A stretch of 64,000 bases of DNA. Origin: an uncultured Kiritimatiellota bacterium. Lineage in GTDB: Bacteria > Verrucomicrobiota > Kiritimatiellia > RFP12 > DVOR01. Of the stretch, positions 39,630-48,656 are shown one piece after another. Every line of letters begins with the position of its first letter. The stretch's first letter is position 1. The stretch covers positions 68,858 to 132,857 of the forward strand of contig CALXSF010000001.1 of the NCBI GenBank assembly GCA_944391055.1, read 5' to 3'. Position numbers and translations under genes: made by a program. The notes under the pieces are model-generated. The model saw only the letters and a list, made by a program, of their open reading frames with translations. It was not told the DNA's origin and did no database searches.

Positions 39630-41189
39630 TTACTTGACGAAGAGGTTGTCGGCGGTCATCTGCGCGGGTTTCGCGATCCCGAGAAGGTCCAGGCAGGTGA
39701 CGGCGATGTCGGAGAGCTTGCCGTCGGGGCGCATGACGCGCCGGTCGGCATCCTTCGCCACGTAGATGCACTCCACCTTGTTGAGGGTGTGCGAGGTCTT
39801 GGGCATGCCGGTGGCGTAGTCGATCATCTGCTCGGCATTGCCATGGTCGGCGGTGATGAGGACGTGCGCGTCCAGCTCCATCAGCCGTTTGAGAAGCGTG
39901 CCGACGCATTCGTCGACGACCTCGACGGCCCGGGTGGCGGCCTCGAGGTTCCCCGTGTGGCCGACCATGTCGCAGTTGGCGTAGTTCACCACGATGAAGC
40001 CATACGGATTGTTCTCCAGCCGGCGCAGGAGCTCGTCGGTGACATTGTAGGCCTCCATCTCGGGATGGGAGGCGAAGGTGGCCGGGTCGAAGCGGCTGGG
40101 CACCTCCACTTGGTCCTCGCCCGGATAGGGCTTGGTGCTCTTGCCGTTGAAGAAGCTGGTGACGTGCCGGAACTTCTGCGTCTCGGCGAGGCGCAACTGG
40201 CGCAGGCCGGCCTTGGAGACCACCTCGCCCAGCAGCATGTCCATCGCGCCGTCGCCGCCCATCGCGCCCAGGAGATAATCGCCGAACTCGTCCCAATAGC
40301 GGGTGAAGCCGAGGTAGACGATTTTCGGGCGGCGGGTGCGCGCGCCGGCGTAGTCGTCGCAGACGAAGGCCTGCGTCAGCTGGATAGCGCGGTCCTGGCG
40401 ATAGTTCGTGTGCATCACGCTGTCGCCGTCCTGGATGCCGGCGTAGTCGCCGATGACGGAGCACGGGACGTACTCATCGGTCATTGGGTCGCCGTCGGGC
40501 GTCTTCTCCGTGTCGTAAGCCTTTTGGACGGCCTCCTCCACGGTGGCGAAGCGCGTCCCCGCGGCGTTGACCAGGCACTCGAAGGCCTCCGAGGTCAGCG
40601 CCCAGTTCTTGGAGCGATCCATCGCGTAGTAGCGGCCCATCGCCGTCCCGATGACGCAGCCGCCCACCTCGGCCATCACCGTCTGCAACTTGGCCAGGTA
40701 TTCCAGCGTCGAGCGCGGCGGCGTGTCGCGGCCGTCCAGGAAGGGATGGAGGACGATGCGCCCCTCCGGGAACTCCTGCCGCGCGCGGCGCATGATCTTG
40801 AAGAGGTGCTCCTGGTGCGCGTGGACACCCTCGTCCTGCAACAGCCCCATCAGGTGCAGCTGGGAGCCGTTCGCCTTCCAATTGGCGATCAGCGCCTCCC
40901 ACTTCGGGCTCTTGAAGAGCTCGCCGCTCTTCAGCCCGTCGTCGATGCGCTTCAGCTCCTGCTCCACGATGCGCCCCGCGCCCATGTTCAGGTGCCCCAC
41001 CTCGGACGAGCCTTGGTAACCGTCCGGCAGCCCGACTGCCTCCCCGGAGCATTCGATCCGGCACCACGGATAGCGCGCGCGCAGACGGTCGATGACCGGC
41101 GTCTTGGCGTTGAAGACGGAATTGCCCGCGAACCGGGGGTTCATCCCCCAGCCATCGCGGATGATTAAGCAAACAGGGCGGTTGGCCAT
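39630..41189 (-). CDS. gpmI: 2,3-bisphosphoglycerate-independent phosphoglycerate mutase
   Basis: VCLIIRDGWGMNP N-terminus. 519 aa. iPGM metal-binding blocks. Confidence 0.9.
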   Translation of the reverse strand: MANRPVCLIIRDGWGMNPRFAGNSVFNAKTPVIDRLRARYPWCRIECSGEAVGLPDGYQGSSEVGHLNMGAGRIVEQELKRIDDGLKSGELFKSPKWEALIANWKANGSQLHLMGLLQDEGVHAHQEHLFKIMRRARQEFPEGRIVLHPFLDGRDTPPRSTLEYLAKLQTVMAEVGGCVIGTAMGRYYAMDRSKNWALTSEAFECLVNAAGTRFATVEEAVQKAYDTEKTPDGDPMTDEYVPCSVIGDYAGIQDGDSVMHTNYRQDRAIQLTQAFVCDDYAGARTRRPKIVYLGFTRYWDEFGDYLLGAMGGDGAMDMLLGEVVSKAGLRQLRLAETQKFRHVTSFFNGKSTKPYPGEDQVEVPSRFDPATFASHPEMEAYNVTDELLRRLENNPYGFIVVNYANCDMVGHTGNLEAATRAVEVVDECVGTLLKRLMELDAHVLITADHGNAEQMIDYATGMPKTSHTLNKVECIYVAKDADRRVMRPDGKLSDIAVTCLDLLGIAKPAQMTADNLFVK

Positions 41190-41336
41190 GACAGCGTTCC
41201 TTTCTCAAAAACGGGCGTATTATACCACAAGCGCCGGACCCGGGCGACCTTCTCCCGGCCCTCGCCCGCCGCCTACGGCAAGGCCGCCGCGCCCGGTCGG
41301 GCGCGGCGGTCGGGAGGGGCGCGTGGCGGCGGCGGC

Positions 41337-41894
41337 TTATTTGAGCGTGGCCTCGCGGACGGCGGCGCGGAGGCAGCGGGCGAGGGCGGCGCGGATCTGC
41401 CCGGGGGTGGCGGCGGGGGGGAGCGGCTCGGTGGCGGTGGCGGAGGGGCCGGAGCGGGCGGTGAGGGCGACGCGGGCGACGGGCGTGCCGTCCTGGGTGC
41501 GTTCGTCGACGCAATAATCGTGGATGGTGAGGGCGAGCTCTTCGCGGCTGGTGAGGCCGAGGTCGGCGGGGCGGGTCTCGCGGAGGGCCCGGGCGATGGC
41601 GAGCTCGAGCGAGGCGTAGTAGGTGAGCCCGCGGACGGAGGAGACGGTGCCGTCCGCGCGGTAAAGGGTGGGGGAGACGGCGGCCCGGAGGTCGGGGGCC
41701 ATGCGGACGGCGATGGCGGGGGCGGGCTCGGGGGCGAGCGCGTAGCCGGCCGGCTCGGGGTCGGCCACGGTGTAGCGCGGGTGGGGGGCGGCGCCGCCGA
41801 AGCACCCGGTGAGCGCCAGGGCGAGGAGCGCGGCGGGGAGGCCGCGCGGGAAGGCGCGGCGCGGGGTCGGGGCGTGGGGGGCGGCGTGTGTCAT
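41337..41894 (-). CDS. Lipoprotein, probable ABC-transport auxiliary component of the Mla-like system
   Basis: LALTGC lipobox. Sits downstream of the MCE gene, as PF03886-type proteins do. The family assignment is tentative. Confidence 0.5.
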   Translation of the reverse strand: MTHAAPHAPTPRRAFPRGLPAALLALALTGCFGGAAPHPRYTVADPEPAGYALAPEPAPAIAVRMAPDLRAAVSPTLYRADGTVSSVRGLTYYASLELAIARALRETRPADLGLTSREELALTIHDYCVDERTQDGTPVARVALTARSGPSATATEPLPPAATPGQIRAALARCLRAAVREATLK

Positions 41895-41896
41895 GG

Positions 41897-42925
41897 TCAG
41901 TCCTCGATGGGGGCGTCGAAGAGAAGGCGGGAGGGTTTCTGGCGGAGTTCTTGGACGAGCGCCTCGGTGGCGGCGGTGGTGCGGGCGAGGGCGGAGAGCG
42001 CGTCGTCGAGGTCTTTGCCGATGGCGCGGGTGTCAAGGTCGGCGCGGGCCTTGGAAAGCGCCTCGTTGGCTTGGCGGAGGAGGGCGGAGGCGTCGGCGAG
42101 CGTGGCCTTGACCTCTTGGGCGAGGGTGGGGAACTCCGCGCGGAGGGTGGTGGAGGTTTGGGCGAGGTTGTCGGCGAGGGTCTGGAGGTTCTTGCCGAGT
42201 TGGGCGGCGTTGAGCTGGTCGATGAGCCGGCCAAGGCGGTCGGCCTGGTCGGTGAGGGACTGCCCGAGGCGGGTGAAGGTGGCGGTGAGGGTGGGGATGT
42301 CGGATTTGACGACGATGTCGTTGAGGTCGGACGTGAGCGTCTGGAGGGATTCCACGACCTTGGTGAAGTCGATGGCGCCGAGGTTGGAGGCGATGTCCTG
42401 GGCGATGTTGAGGAAGTTCTGGAGCGTGGTGGGCGTGGAGGGGAGGTAGAGATTGGCGGGCTGCCACGGGAAGGCAAGCTCGGGTTTGGGGAGGGCGTGG
42501 CTGTGCTTGCGGAGGAAATCGAGGTTGATGAAGAGCTGCCCGGTGATGCCTTGGAGGGCGAGGTTGGCGTGGACGCCGTTCTGGATCATGCGGCGCAGGG
42601 ACTCCTCGGAGAAGTCCGGGTGGGCGTTGAGGTCGATGGAGCAGACGACGCGGATGTAGGCGTAGGGGCGGACGTCCGTGCCCTCCGGGATGGCGTAGGT
42701 GGAGCCGGCGAAGCCGATGGATTCGACCGAGCCGAGGCGCACGCCGCGGAACTTGACGGCGCTGCCGATGTCGAGCCCCTGCACGGAGGAGTCGAAGTAG
42801 GTCTCAAAGTAGACTTTCTTGGCGAAGAGGTCGGAGCCGCCGAAGAGGACGCACCCCGCGGCGAGAAGAAGGAGGCCGAGGATGGTGAAAAGGCCGATGG
42901 CGAAGTAGTGTCTCGAGGTTTTCAT
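41897..42925 (-). CDS. mlaD: MCE-family (MlaD-like) periplasmic substrate-binding protein with a long coiled-coil C-terminus
   Basis: N-terminal TM, MCE domain (VKFRGVRLGSVESIG), helical repeats. Confidence 0.8.
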   Translation of the reverse strand: MKTSRHYFAIGLFTILGLLLLAAGCVLFGGSDLFAKKVYFETYFDSSVQGLDIGSAVKFRGVRLGSVESIGFAGSTYAIPEGTDVRPYAYIRVVCSIDLNAHPDFSEESLRRMIQNGVHANLALQGITGQLFINLDFLRKHSHALPKPELAFPWQPANLYLPSTPTTLQNFLNIAQDIASNLGAIDFTKVVESLQTLTSDLNDIVVKSDIPTLTATFTRLGQSLTDQADRLGRLIDQLNAAQLGKNLQTLADNLAQTSTTLRAEFPTLAQEVKATLADASALLRQANEALSKARADLDTRAIGKDLDDALSALARTTAATEALVQELRQKPSRLLFDAPIED

Positions 42926-43680
42926 GGCGTGGGGTTGGGCGAGCGGTTGAAGAAGGCGCGGACGGCGGGGTGGGGGCTGTCCGTGCGGAGTTTTGCCGGG
43001 GGGCCTTGGTCAAGGACGCCGCCGGCGGCGCGGTCGAGATAGAGCACGCGGTCGGCGATGGCGTTGATGCTGGCGAGCTCGTGCGAGATGATGACGACGG
43101 TGATGCCGAGCTCGCGGGAAAGCGTGCGGATGAGCGCGTCGATCGAGGCGGAGGTGACGGGGTCAAGGCCGGCGCTGGGCTCGTCGAGGAACAGGAGGCG
43201 CGGGTCAAGGGCCATGGCGCGGGCGATGGCCGCACGCTTGACTTGGCCGCCGGAGAGCTCGGCGGGCAGGGCGTCGGCGCGGTCAAGCAGGCCGACCTGG
43301 GAGAGCTTGAGGCGGGCGATGGCCTCGCGCAGCTCGGGCGGGTAGGGGGTGAACTCCTCAATCGGGAGAAGGACGTTGCCCAGGACGGAGAGCGTGCCGA
43401 AAAGCGCGCCGCTTTGGTACATCATGCCGAAAGAGCGCAGAAGCGCGTCGCGTTCGGCCCCCTCGGCGGCGGCGACGTCGCGCCCCAAGAGGCGAATGCG
43501 CCCGCCTTGGAGGGGCAGCTGGCCGATGATGTGCTTGAGGAGGGTGGTCTTGCCGCATCCCGAGCCGCCGAGGACAAAGACGATCTCGCCTTCCTCGACG
43601 GTGAAGGAGACGTCCCTCATCAGAATGTTGCCGGGATAGCCGGAGGCGACGTGCTCGCATTCGATGATCGGTTTGCCCAT
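42922..43680 (-). CDS. mlaF: ABC transporter ATP-binding protein MlaF-like
   Basis: GGSGCGKTTLL, LSGGQVKRAAIARAM, LLFLDEPSAGLD. Confidence 0.85.
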   Translation of the reverse strand: MGKPIIECEHVASGYPGNILMRDVSFTVEEGEIVFVLGGSGCGKTTLLKHIIGQLPLQGGRIRLLGRDVAAAEGAERDALLRSFGMMYQSGALFGTLSVLGNVLLPIEEFTPYPPELREAIARLKLSQVGLLDRADALPAELSGGQVKRAAIARAMALDPRLLFLDEPSAGLDPVTSASIDALIRTLSRELGITVVIISHELASINAIADRVLYLDRAAGGVLDQGPPAKLRTDSPHPAVRAFFNRSPNPTP

Positions 43681-43683
43681 CGC

Positions 43684-44736
43684 TCACCAACCCATCGCGT
43701 AAAAGACCACGGAGAAGATGCCCTCGAGCACGGCGATCGTGACGATGCCGGTGACGACGGCGGCGGTCGTGGCGGTGCCGACGGCCCCGGCGTCGCGCCC
43801 CGCCTTCAGGCCGAACCAACACCCCACCGCGGAGACGGCGAACCCAAAGACAAAGGCTTTGCAGAAACTGCCCAGGATGTCGTTCAGGTGGACGAAGGTC
43901 TGGAGCTGCCGGATGTAGTAACTTTCCGAGAAACCGAGCACGCCCATCACCAGCCCGCCGCCGACAAGGCCGGCGAAGGAGACGAAAAGCGAGAGCAGCG
44001 GCAACGCCAACGTGCCGGCCACCACGCGCGGCAGCACCAGGAAGCGCACGGGCCGGAGCCCCATCGTCTCCAACGCGTCGATCTCCTCGTTCACCCGCAT
44101 GGCGCCAAGCTCCGCGGCGAAGGCCGAGCCGCTGCGGCCGGCCATCAGGATGGCGCCCACGAGGACGCCCAACTCGCGTATCAGTGCGATGCCGACCAAC
44201 CCGCCCACGAATCCCTCCCCGCCGAAAAGCTTGAGCGGGATGGCCGACTGGAAGGCCAGGATGAGGCCCAGCAGGAACCCGATCAACAGCATCACGGGCA
44301 CGGCCTGGACGCCGCAGCGAACGAACGTCAGCCGACAATCGCCCCACCTGAAACGCCCGGAGAAGAGGTGGGGCAGCGCGCAAAGCGTCTCGCCTAGATA
44401 GGCCAGCGCCTCCCCCCAACGCCCGAAACGCGCGCACACCTCGCGCCCCAGCCGCGTCACGGCCCCCTCGGCGGCCTCCCCGGCCGGCGCGGGCACGGCG
44501 GCCTGGGCGGCCTCAAAGGCGTCCAGGCGCTTGGCGAGGGCGCCGTCCAATGCGCCCGACAAGACCCCGCGGCGGCGCAAAAGCCAAAGGAACGCCAGCC
44601 CCGCGCCATCGGCGTGGCGCACGGCGGAGACGTCGGCGCGCGCGGGGAGCCTCCCTTGGGCGCAGACCGCCCCCACCACGTTCCGGTCGAGCGTTTCGGG
44701 GAGGGCGACGACGGCTTCTCCTGCCATGGGCCGCAA
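43684..44736 (-). CDS. mlaE: MlaE-like ABC permease with an N-terminal STAS-like domain of about 100 aa
   Basis: MlaE core from RFGRWGEALAYLGETL onward. The N-terminal region with DVSAVRHADGAGLAFL resembles an anti-sigma-antagonist/MlaB STAS fold. Confidence 0.75.
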   Translation of the reverse strand: MRPMAGEAVVALPETLDRNVVGAVCAQGRLPARADVSAVRHADGAGLAFLWLLRRRGVLSGALDGALAKRLDAFEAAQAAVPAPAGEAAEGAVTRLGREVCARFGRWGEALAYLGETLCALPHLFSGRFRWGDCRLTFVRCGVQAVPVMLLIGFLLGLILAFQSAIPLKLFGGEGFVGGLVGIALIRELGVLVGAILMAGRSGSAFAAELGAMRVNEEIDALETMGLRPVRFLVLPRVVAGTLALPLLSLFVSFAGLVGGGLVMGVLGFSESYYIRQLQTFVHLNDILGSFCKAFVFGFAVSAVGCWFGLKAGRDAGAVGTATTAAVVTGIVTIAVLEGIFSVVFYAMGW

Positions 44737-44739
44737 GCC

Positions 44740-45867
44740 TTAGATTCGGTTCTTGGAACGCTCCTGGAGCGCCTTGGCCTCGCGCCGGACGCGCAGGATG
44801 AGCGTCTTCATCGCCTCGCCGTTCGCCGCGCGGTTGTCGAAGATCCGTTGCAGGTAGGAGGCCGGGAGGGTGGCGCGCCACTGGGCGATGAGCTTGGAGG
44901 CGGTGGGCGCGGCGCAGAGCGTGTCAAGCTGCAGGACGAACCGCCACATCGTCGAACGGTTCTTGTATTGCGCGCCGGAGGTCTGCGAGGAAAGAAGCAG
45001 CAGGCAGTCGTTCTCGAGGATTTTTTCCAAATCCGCGCGGCGCTTGGCGAAACGCTTCGTGTAGGCCGCGATCTCCGCCTCGGTGAGGTCGTCGAAGGAT
45101 TCGGTGGCGATCTCGTCGTCGTCCCCGGCGGGGGCCGGCTCGGCCTTGGCCGTGCGCTTGGCCTCCTGCGCGGCGTCGGCCTTCTTCGCGTCGGCCAGAC
45201 GCTGGGACATGTCCTTCTGCGCGCCGGGGCGGACGTAGGGGACGGCCTTCGGCTCGGGGCGCGAGGGCGGGGTGTAAGTGTAGTCCGCCTCCTCGAAGAG
45301 CGCCTCCGGGTCGCCGGTCGGCTCCGTGTTGAAAGACCCCTTGGCGGATTGCTCGCTGAGGTTTTGGGCGCGGCGCTGATTGGCGAGGCGGCCGGCGATG
45401 CCGCCGCCCTGCCCGCGTTTGGCCAAGCGCTCCTCGATGGCCGAGGGGCGCGGCCCGCCGGACCCGGCGTCGGCGCGCGGCGCGTCGCCCAACGTCGGCG
45501 TGGGGTCGCTGCCGACGCTGGCGCCGCCCTCGTCGGAGACCACCTCGTCGCCGCCGGCCGCGGCGGGGTCCTCCTTGGCGGCCGCGGCGTCGTCGGCGGC
45601 CTTCTCGGCGGCCATGCGCGCGGCCTCGGACTCCACCTTGAAGCGGCTGGCGACGCGGCCGTTGATGAGGATGACGTTGCCCTCGCGGGTGATGGCGTAG
45701 GGGCCCTTGACGTACAACCCGTCGATGAAGACCGCGCCCGTGGCCACGCGCTTCCCCGCGCGCTCCTGGCCAAAGAGCTGGACGGCCATCTCCGCGACGC
45801 CCTCCGTGGCGGCGGCGGCCACGCCGGCGCCCAGCATCGCCACGCACATCAGCAACTTCCCTACCAT
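44740..45867 (-). CDS. Hypothetical secreted protein with a low-complexity acidic, Ala-rich middle
   Basis: Signal peptide MVGKLLMCVAMLGAGVAAAA. AAAGGA RBS. 375 aa. Confidence 0.5.
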   Translation of the reverse strand: MVGKLLMCVAMLGAGVAAAATEGVAEMAVQLFGQERAGKRVATGAVFIDGLYVKGPYAITREGNVILINGRVASRFKVESEAARMAAEKAADDAAAAKEDPAAAGGDEVVSDEGGASVGSDPTPTLGDAPRADAGSGGPRPSAIEERLAKRGQGGGIAGRLANQRRAQNLSEQSAKGSFNTEPTGDPEALFEEADYTYTPPSRPEPKAVPYVRPGAQKDMSQRLADAKKADAAQEAKRTAKAEPAPAGDDDEIATESFDDLTEAEIAAYTKRFAKRRADLEKILENDCLLLLSSQTSGAQYKNRSTMWRFVLQLDTLCAAPTASKLIAQWRATLPASYLQRIFDNRAANGEAMKTLILRVRREAKALQERSKNRI

Positions 45868-46128
45868 CGCCGTTCCTTTTGTGGCGAGGCGCCGGGCGCC
45901 CCGCGTTCCGAAACAAAAGCCCCGTCCAGACGTAACGCTTCCTTCTCTGGAAGCCCTGGGCATTCCAAGTGACGGTTCATCCCCCCGGTTTCGGGTGCGC
46001 CTGCGCGCGCCGCTCCGCCGGGGGCTCCGATCCATCCCAAAAACGTGTAGGCCAGAGAAACATCAGCCAATTCGCGTTTAGGACAGGGCCCACTTCCTTG
46101 AGCCGCCGAAGCGGCAAATCCTCCTGTG

Positions 46129-48549
46129 TCAGCCCTCGCGGATCTCGACGCCCAGCTCACCGCGGAGCGCGTCGGCGATCTTGGCGAAGGCGGCATTGAC
46201 CTCGGCGTCGCGGAGCGTCCGCTCGGCGGAGCGGAACTCCAGGGAATAGCCCATGGAGCGCTTCCCGGCACCGATGGCCTTTGACGTGAATATATCAAAG
46301 AGGCGCACGTCGGTCAATTCCGGCGGCGCGGCCTTGCGGATGGCCCGCACCACGGCCTCGTGGGTGAGCCCGTCGGGCGCGATGAAGGCGATGTCCTTGC
46401 GGCTCGCCGGGAACTGCGGCACGGGCTTCAGCCTCGGCAGCGCGTCCAGGCCCTTGGTCACCTGGGCCAGGTCGAGCTCCGCCACCACGAGCGGCGTGTT
46501 GAGGCGGTAGCGGTGGCGCAGGGCCGCGCTCACGGCGCCCATCAGGCCCACGCGCTTGCGCCCCAGGCAGATCTCCACCGCGTGCCCCGGCGCGAAGGCC
46601 GGGTGGTTGCAGGCATAGAAGCCGAAGCGCGGGGCGTGGAGGCGCTCGCAGAGGGCCTCCACGGCGCCTTTCAGCCACAGCAGCGCCTCCTCGTCCCGCA
46701 CGGGGGCGCGGGCGTTCAGCGCGTCCCGCCCGAAGGGGCCCATCATGCCCAGCGCCACGCGCTCGGCCTCGACGGGCGCGCCGGTCTTCGGATCCGCCGC
46801 GAAGACGCGCCCGACCTCGAAGAGCCCGCAACTTTCCACCTGCCGCGCCGCGTTGCGCCCGAGCGAGCCGATCAGTTGCGGCAGCAGTGAATCGCGCATG
46901 ACGCCATAATCCGCCGAGACGGGGTTGGGCAGCGGCAGGCGCCCCTTCGCCCCCGGGTCGAAGGCGTCCAGCTCGGCCTTGGAAAGGAAGGAGTAGTGCA
47001 TCGCCTCGGTGAGGCCAAGCGCCAGGAGCGCGTGGCGCGCCGCCTGCTTCGCGCGGTAGGAGGTCTCCGGGAGCTGCGACACCGCCGCGAGCGTGGGCAG
47101 GCGCTCGGGCACGGCGTCCAGGCCGTTCATGCGCGTCACCTCCTCGATGAGATCCGCCTCGCGCGTCAGGTCATAGCGCCAGCTGGGGCTGCGGAAGACC
47201 GCGCCCTCGGCGTCGCCGGAGACCTTGGCGATGCCGAGCCCCGTCAGGATGGCGTCCACCTTCCCCGGCTCCACCTCCGCGCCGATCACCTCGCAGACGC
47301 GCCGATAGCGCAGCGGCACGTCGATGGGCGTCTTGTCCCGCGCGTCCGCGTCGATTACGCCCTTGCAGGCCGTCGCCCCGCCATACTTCACCAGCAGATG
47401 GATGGCGCGGCGGCTGGCCCAATCCGCCAGATCCCGATCCACGCCGCGCGCGTAGCGATAGGTCGCCTCCGAGGTCATGCCCAGCTTGGTGGCGGTGAAC
47501 TTGACGCTGGCCGCGTCGAAGAGCGCCGATTCCAGGAGCACGGTGCCGGTGGCGTTGGCGATCTCGCTCTCCTCGCCGCCCATCACGCCGGCCACGGCGG
47601 TGGGCCTGTCGGCGTCGGCGATGACGAGCATGGTCTCGTCGAGCGCGCGGTCGGCGCCGTCGAGCGTGCGGATGGTCTCGCCCGGCTTGGCCAGGCGCAC
47701 GATGACGGTGTGGTCGCGCAGCGTGGTGTGGTCAAAGGCGTGGAGCGGCTGGCCCACCTCCAACATCACATAATTCGTCACGTCCACCGCCAAGCCCAGG
47801 CTCCGCTGGCCGCACTGCTCCAGGCGGCGCGCCATCCAGTCGGGCGTCGGCGCCTTCGGGTCCAGCCCCGTCACCACGCGCGCCGTGTAGCGCGGGCACT
47901 CCCGCGGCGCCTCCAGGCGCACCTTCGCCAGCGTGTTCACGTCGGGGCCGGCCTCCGGGAAGTCCGTCGGCGGCTCCCGGAGCGGGCGGCCCAGGAGCGC
48001 CCCCAGCTCCCGCGCGATGCCGCGCACCGAGAGGCAGTCCGGCCGGTTCCACGTCACCTCGAGGTCATAGACCGTGTCCGCCGGCGGCATGTACGTTTGC
48101 ACGGGCTCGCCCGGCTTGGCCTCCGCCGGGAGCTCCCAGATGCCGTCGTGCGCGCCGCCCAGGCCCAGCTCGTCCTTTGAGCAGAGCATGCCGAAGCTCT
48201 CCGCCCCGCGCAGCTTGCCCTTCTTGATGGTAAACCCTTCCGGCCCAGGCATCACCGCGCCGATCCTCGCCAGCGGCGCCTTCACCCCGACGCGCACGTT
48301 CGGCGCGCCGCAGACGATCTGGAGCGTCTCCGTGCCGTCGAAGACCTTGCAGACGTGCAGGTGGTCCGAGTTCGGGTGCGCCTCGCACGCCGTCACCTCG
48401 CCCACCACGAAATGCCCGTCCAGCGACACGCCCTCGTGCTCGACGGCCTCCACCTCGACGCCCGAGAAGGTCAGCAGATCCGCCACCCCCTGCGCCGTCT
48501 GATCGCCCAGGTCAACAAACTCATTCAACCAACTCAACGGTACGCGCAT
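46129..48549 (-). CDS. pheT: Phenylalanine--tRNA ligase beta subunit
   Basis: MRVPLSWLNEFVDLG N-terminus. 806 aa. B3/4 and B5 domains. C-terminal FDBD. Confidence 0.9.
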   Translation of the reverse strand: MRVPLSWLNEFVDLGDQTAQGVADLLTFSGVEVEAVEHEGVSLDGHFVVGEVTACEAHPNSDHLHVCKVFDGTETLQIVCGAPNVRVGVKAPLARIGAVMPGPEGFTIKKGKLRGAESFGMLCSKDELGLGGAHDGIWELPAEAKPGEPVQTYMPPADTVYDLEVTWNRPDCLSVRGIARELGALLGRPLREPPTDFPEAGPDVNTLAKVRLEAPRECPRYTARVVTGLDPKAPTPDWMARRLEQCGQRSLGLAVDVTNYVMLEVGQPLHAFDHTTLRDHTVIVRLAKPGETIRTLDGADRALDETMLVIADADRPTAVAGVMGGEESEIANATGTVLLESALFDAASVKFTATKLGMTSEATYRYARGVDRDLADWASRRAIHLLVKYGGATACKGVIDADARDKTPIDVPLRYRRVCEVIGAEVEPGKVDAILTGLGIAKVSGDAEGAVFRSPSWRYDLTREADLIEEVTRMNGLDAVPERLPTLAAVSQLPETSYRAKQAARHALLALGLTEAMHYSFLSKAELDAFDPGAKGRLPLPNPVSADYGVMRDSLLPQLIGSLGRNAARQVESCGLFEVGRVFAADPKTGAPVEAERVALGMMGPFGRDALNARAPVRDEEALLWLKGAVEALCERLHAPRFGFYACNHPAFAPGHAVEICLGRKRVGLMGAVSAALRHRYRLNTPLVVAELDLAQVTKGLDALPRLKPVPQFPASRKDIAFIAPDGLTHEAVVRAIRKAAPPELTDVRLFDIFTSKAIGAGKRSMGYSLEFRSAERTLRDAEVNAAFAKIADALRGELGVEIREG

Positions 48550-48656
48550 TCCGCTCGCTCCTTTTCTGATACGCGCCCCATTCTAGCACAAATCCCCGCC
48601 GGTTTCCCCGGGGGCGCCACGCGCTCAAGGCGGACAAGGCCTGTCGGCGGGTGCGG

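Noticed and set aside
41282-41309. GC-rich 12-bp hairpin between the lipoprotein and gpmI as a terminator
   Set aside because: No T-tract on either strand. More likely a structural or REP-like element, or nothing.
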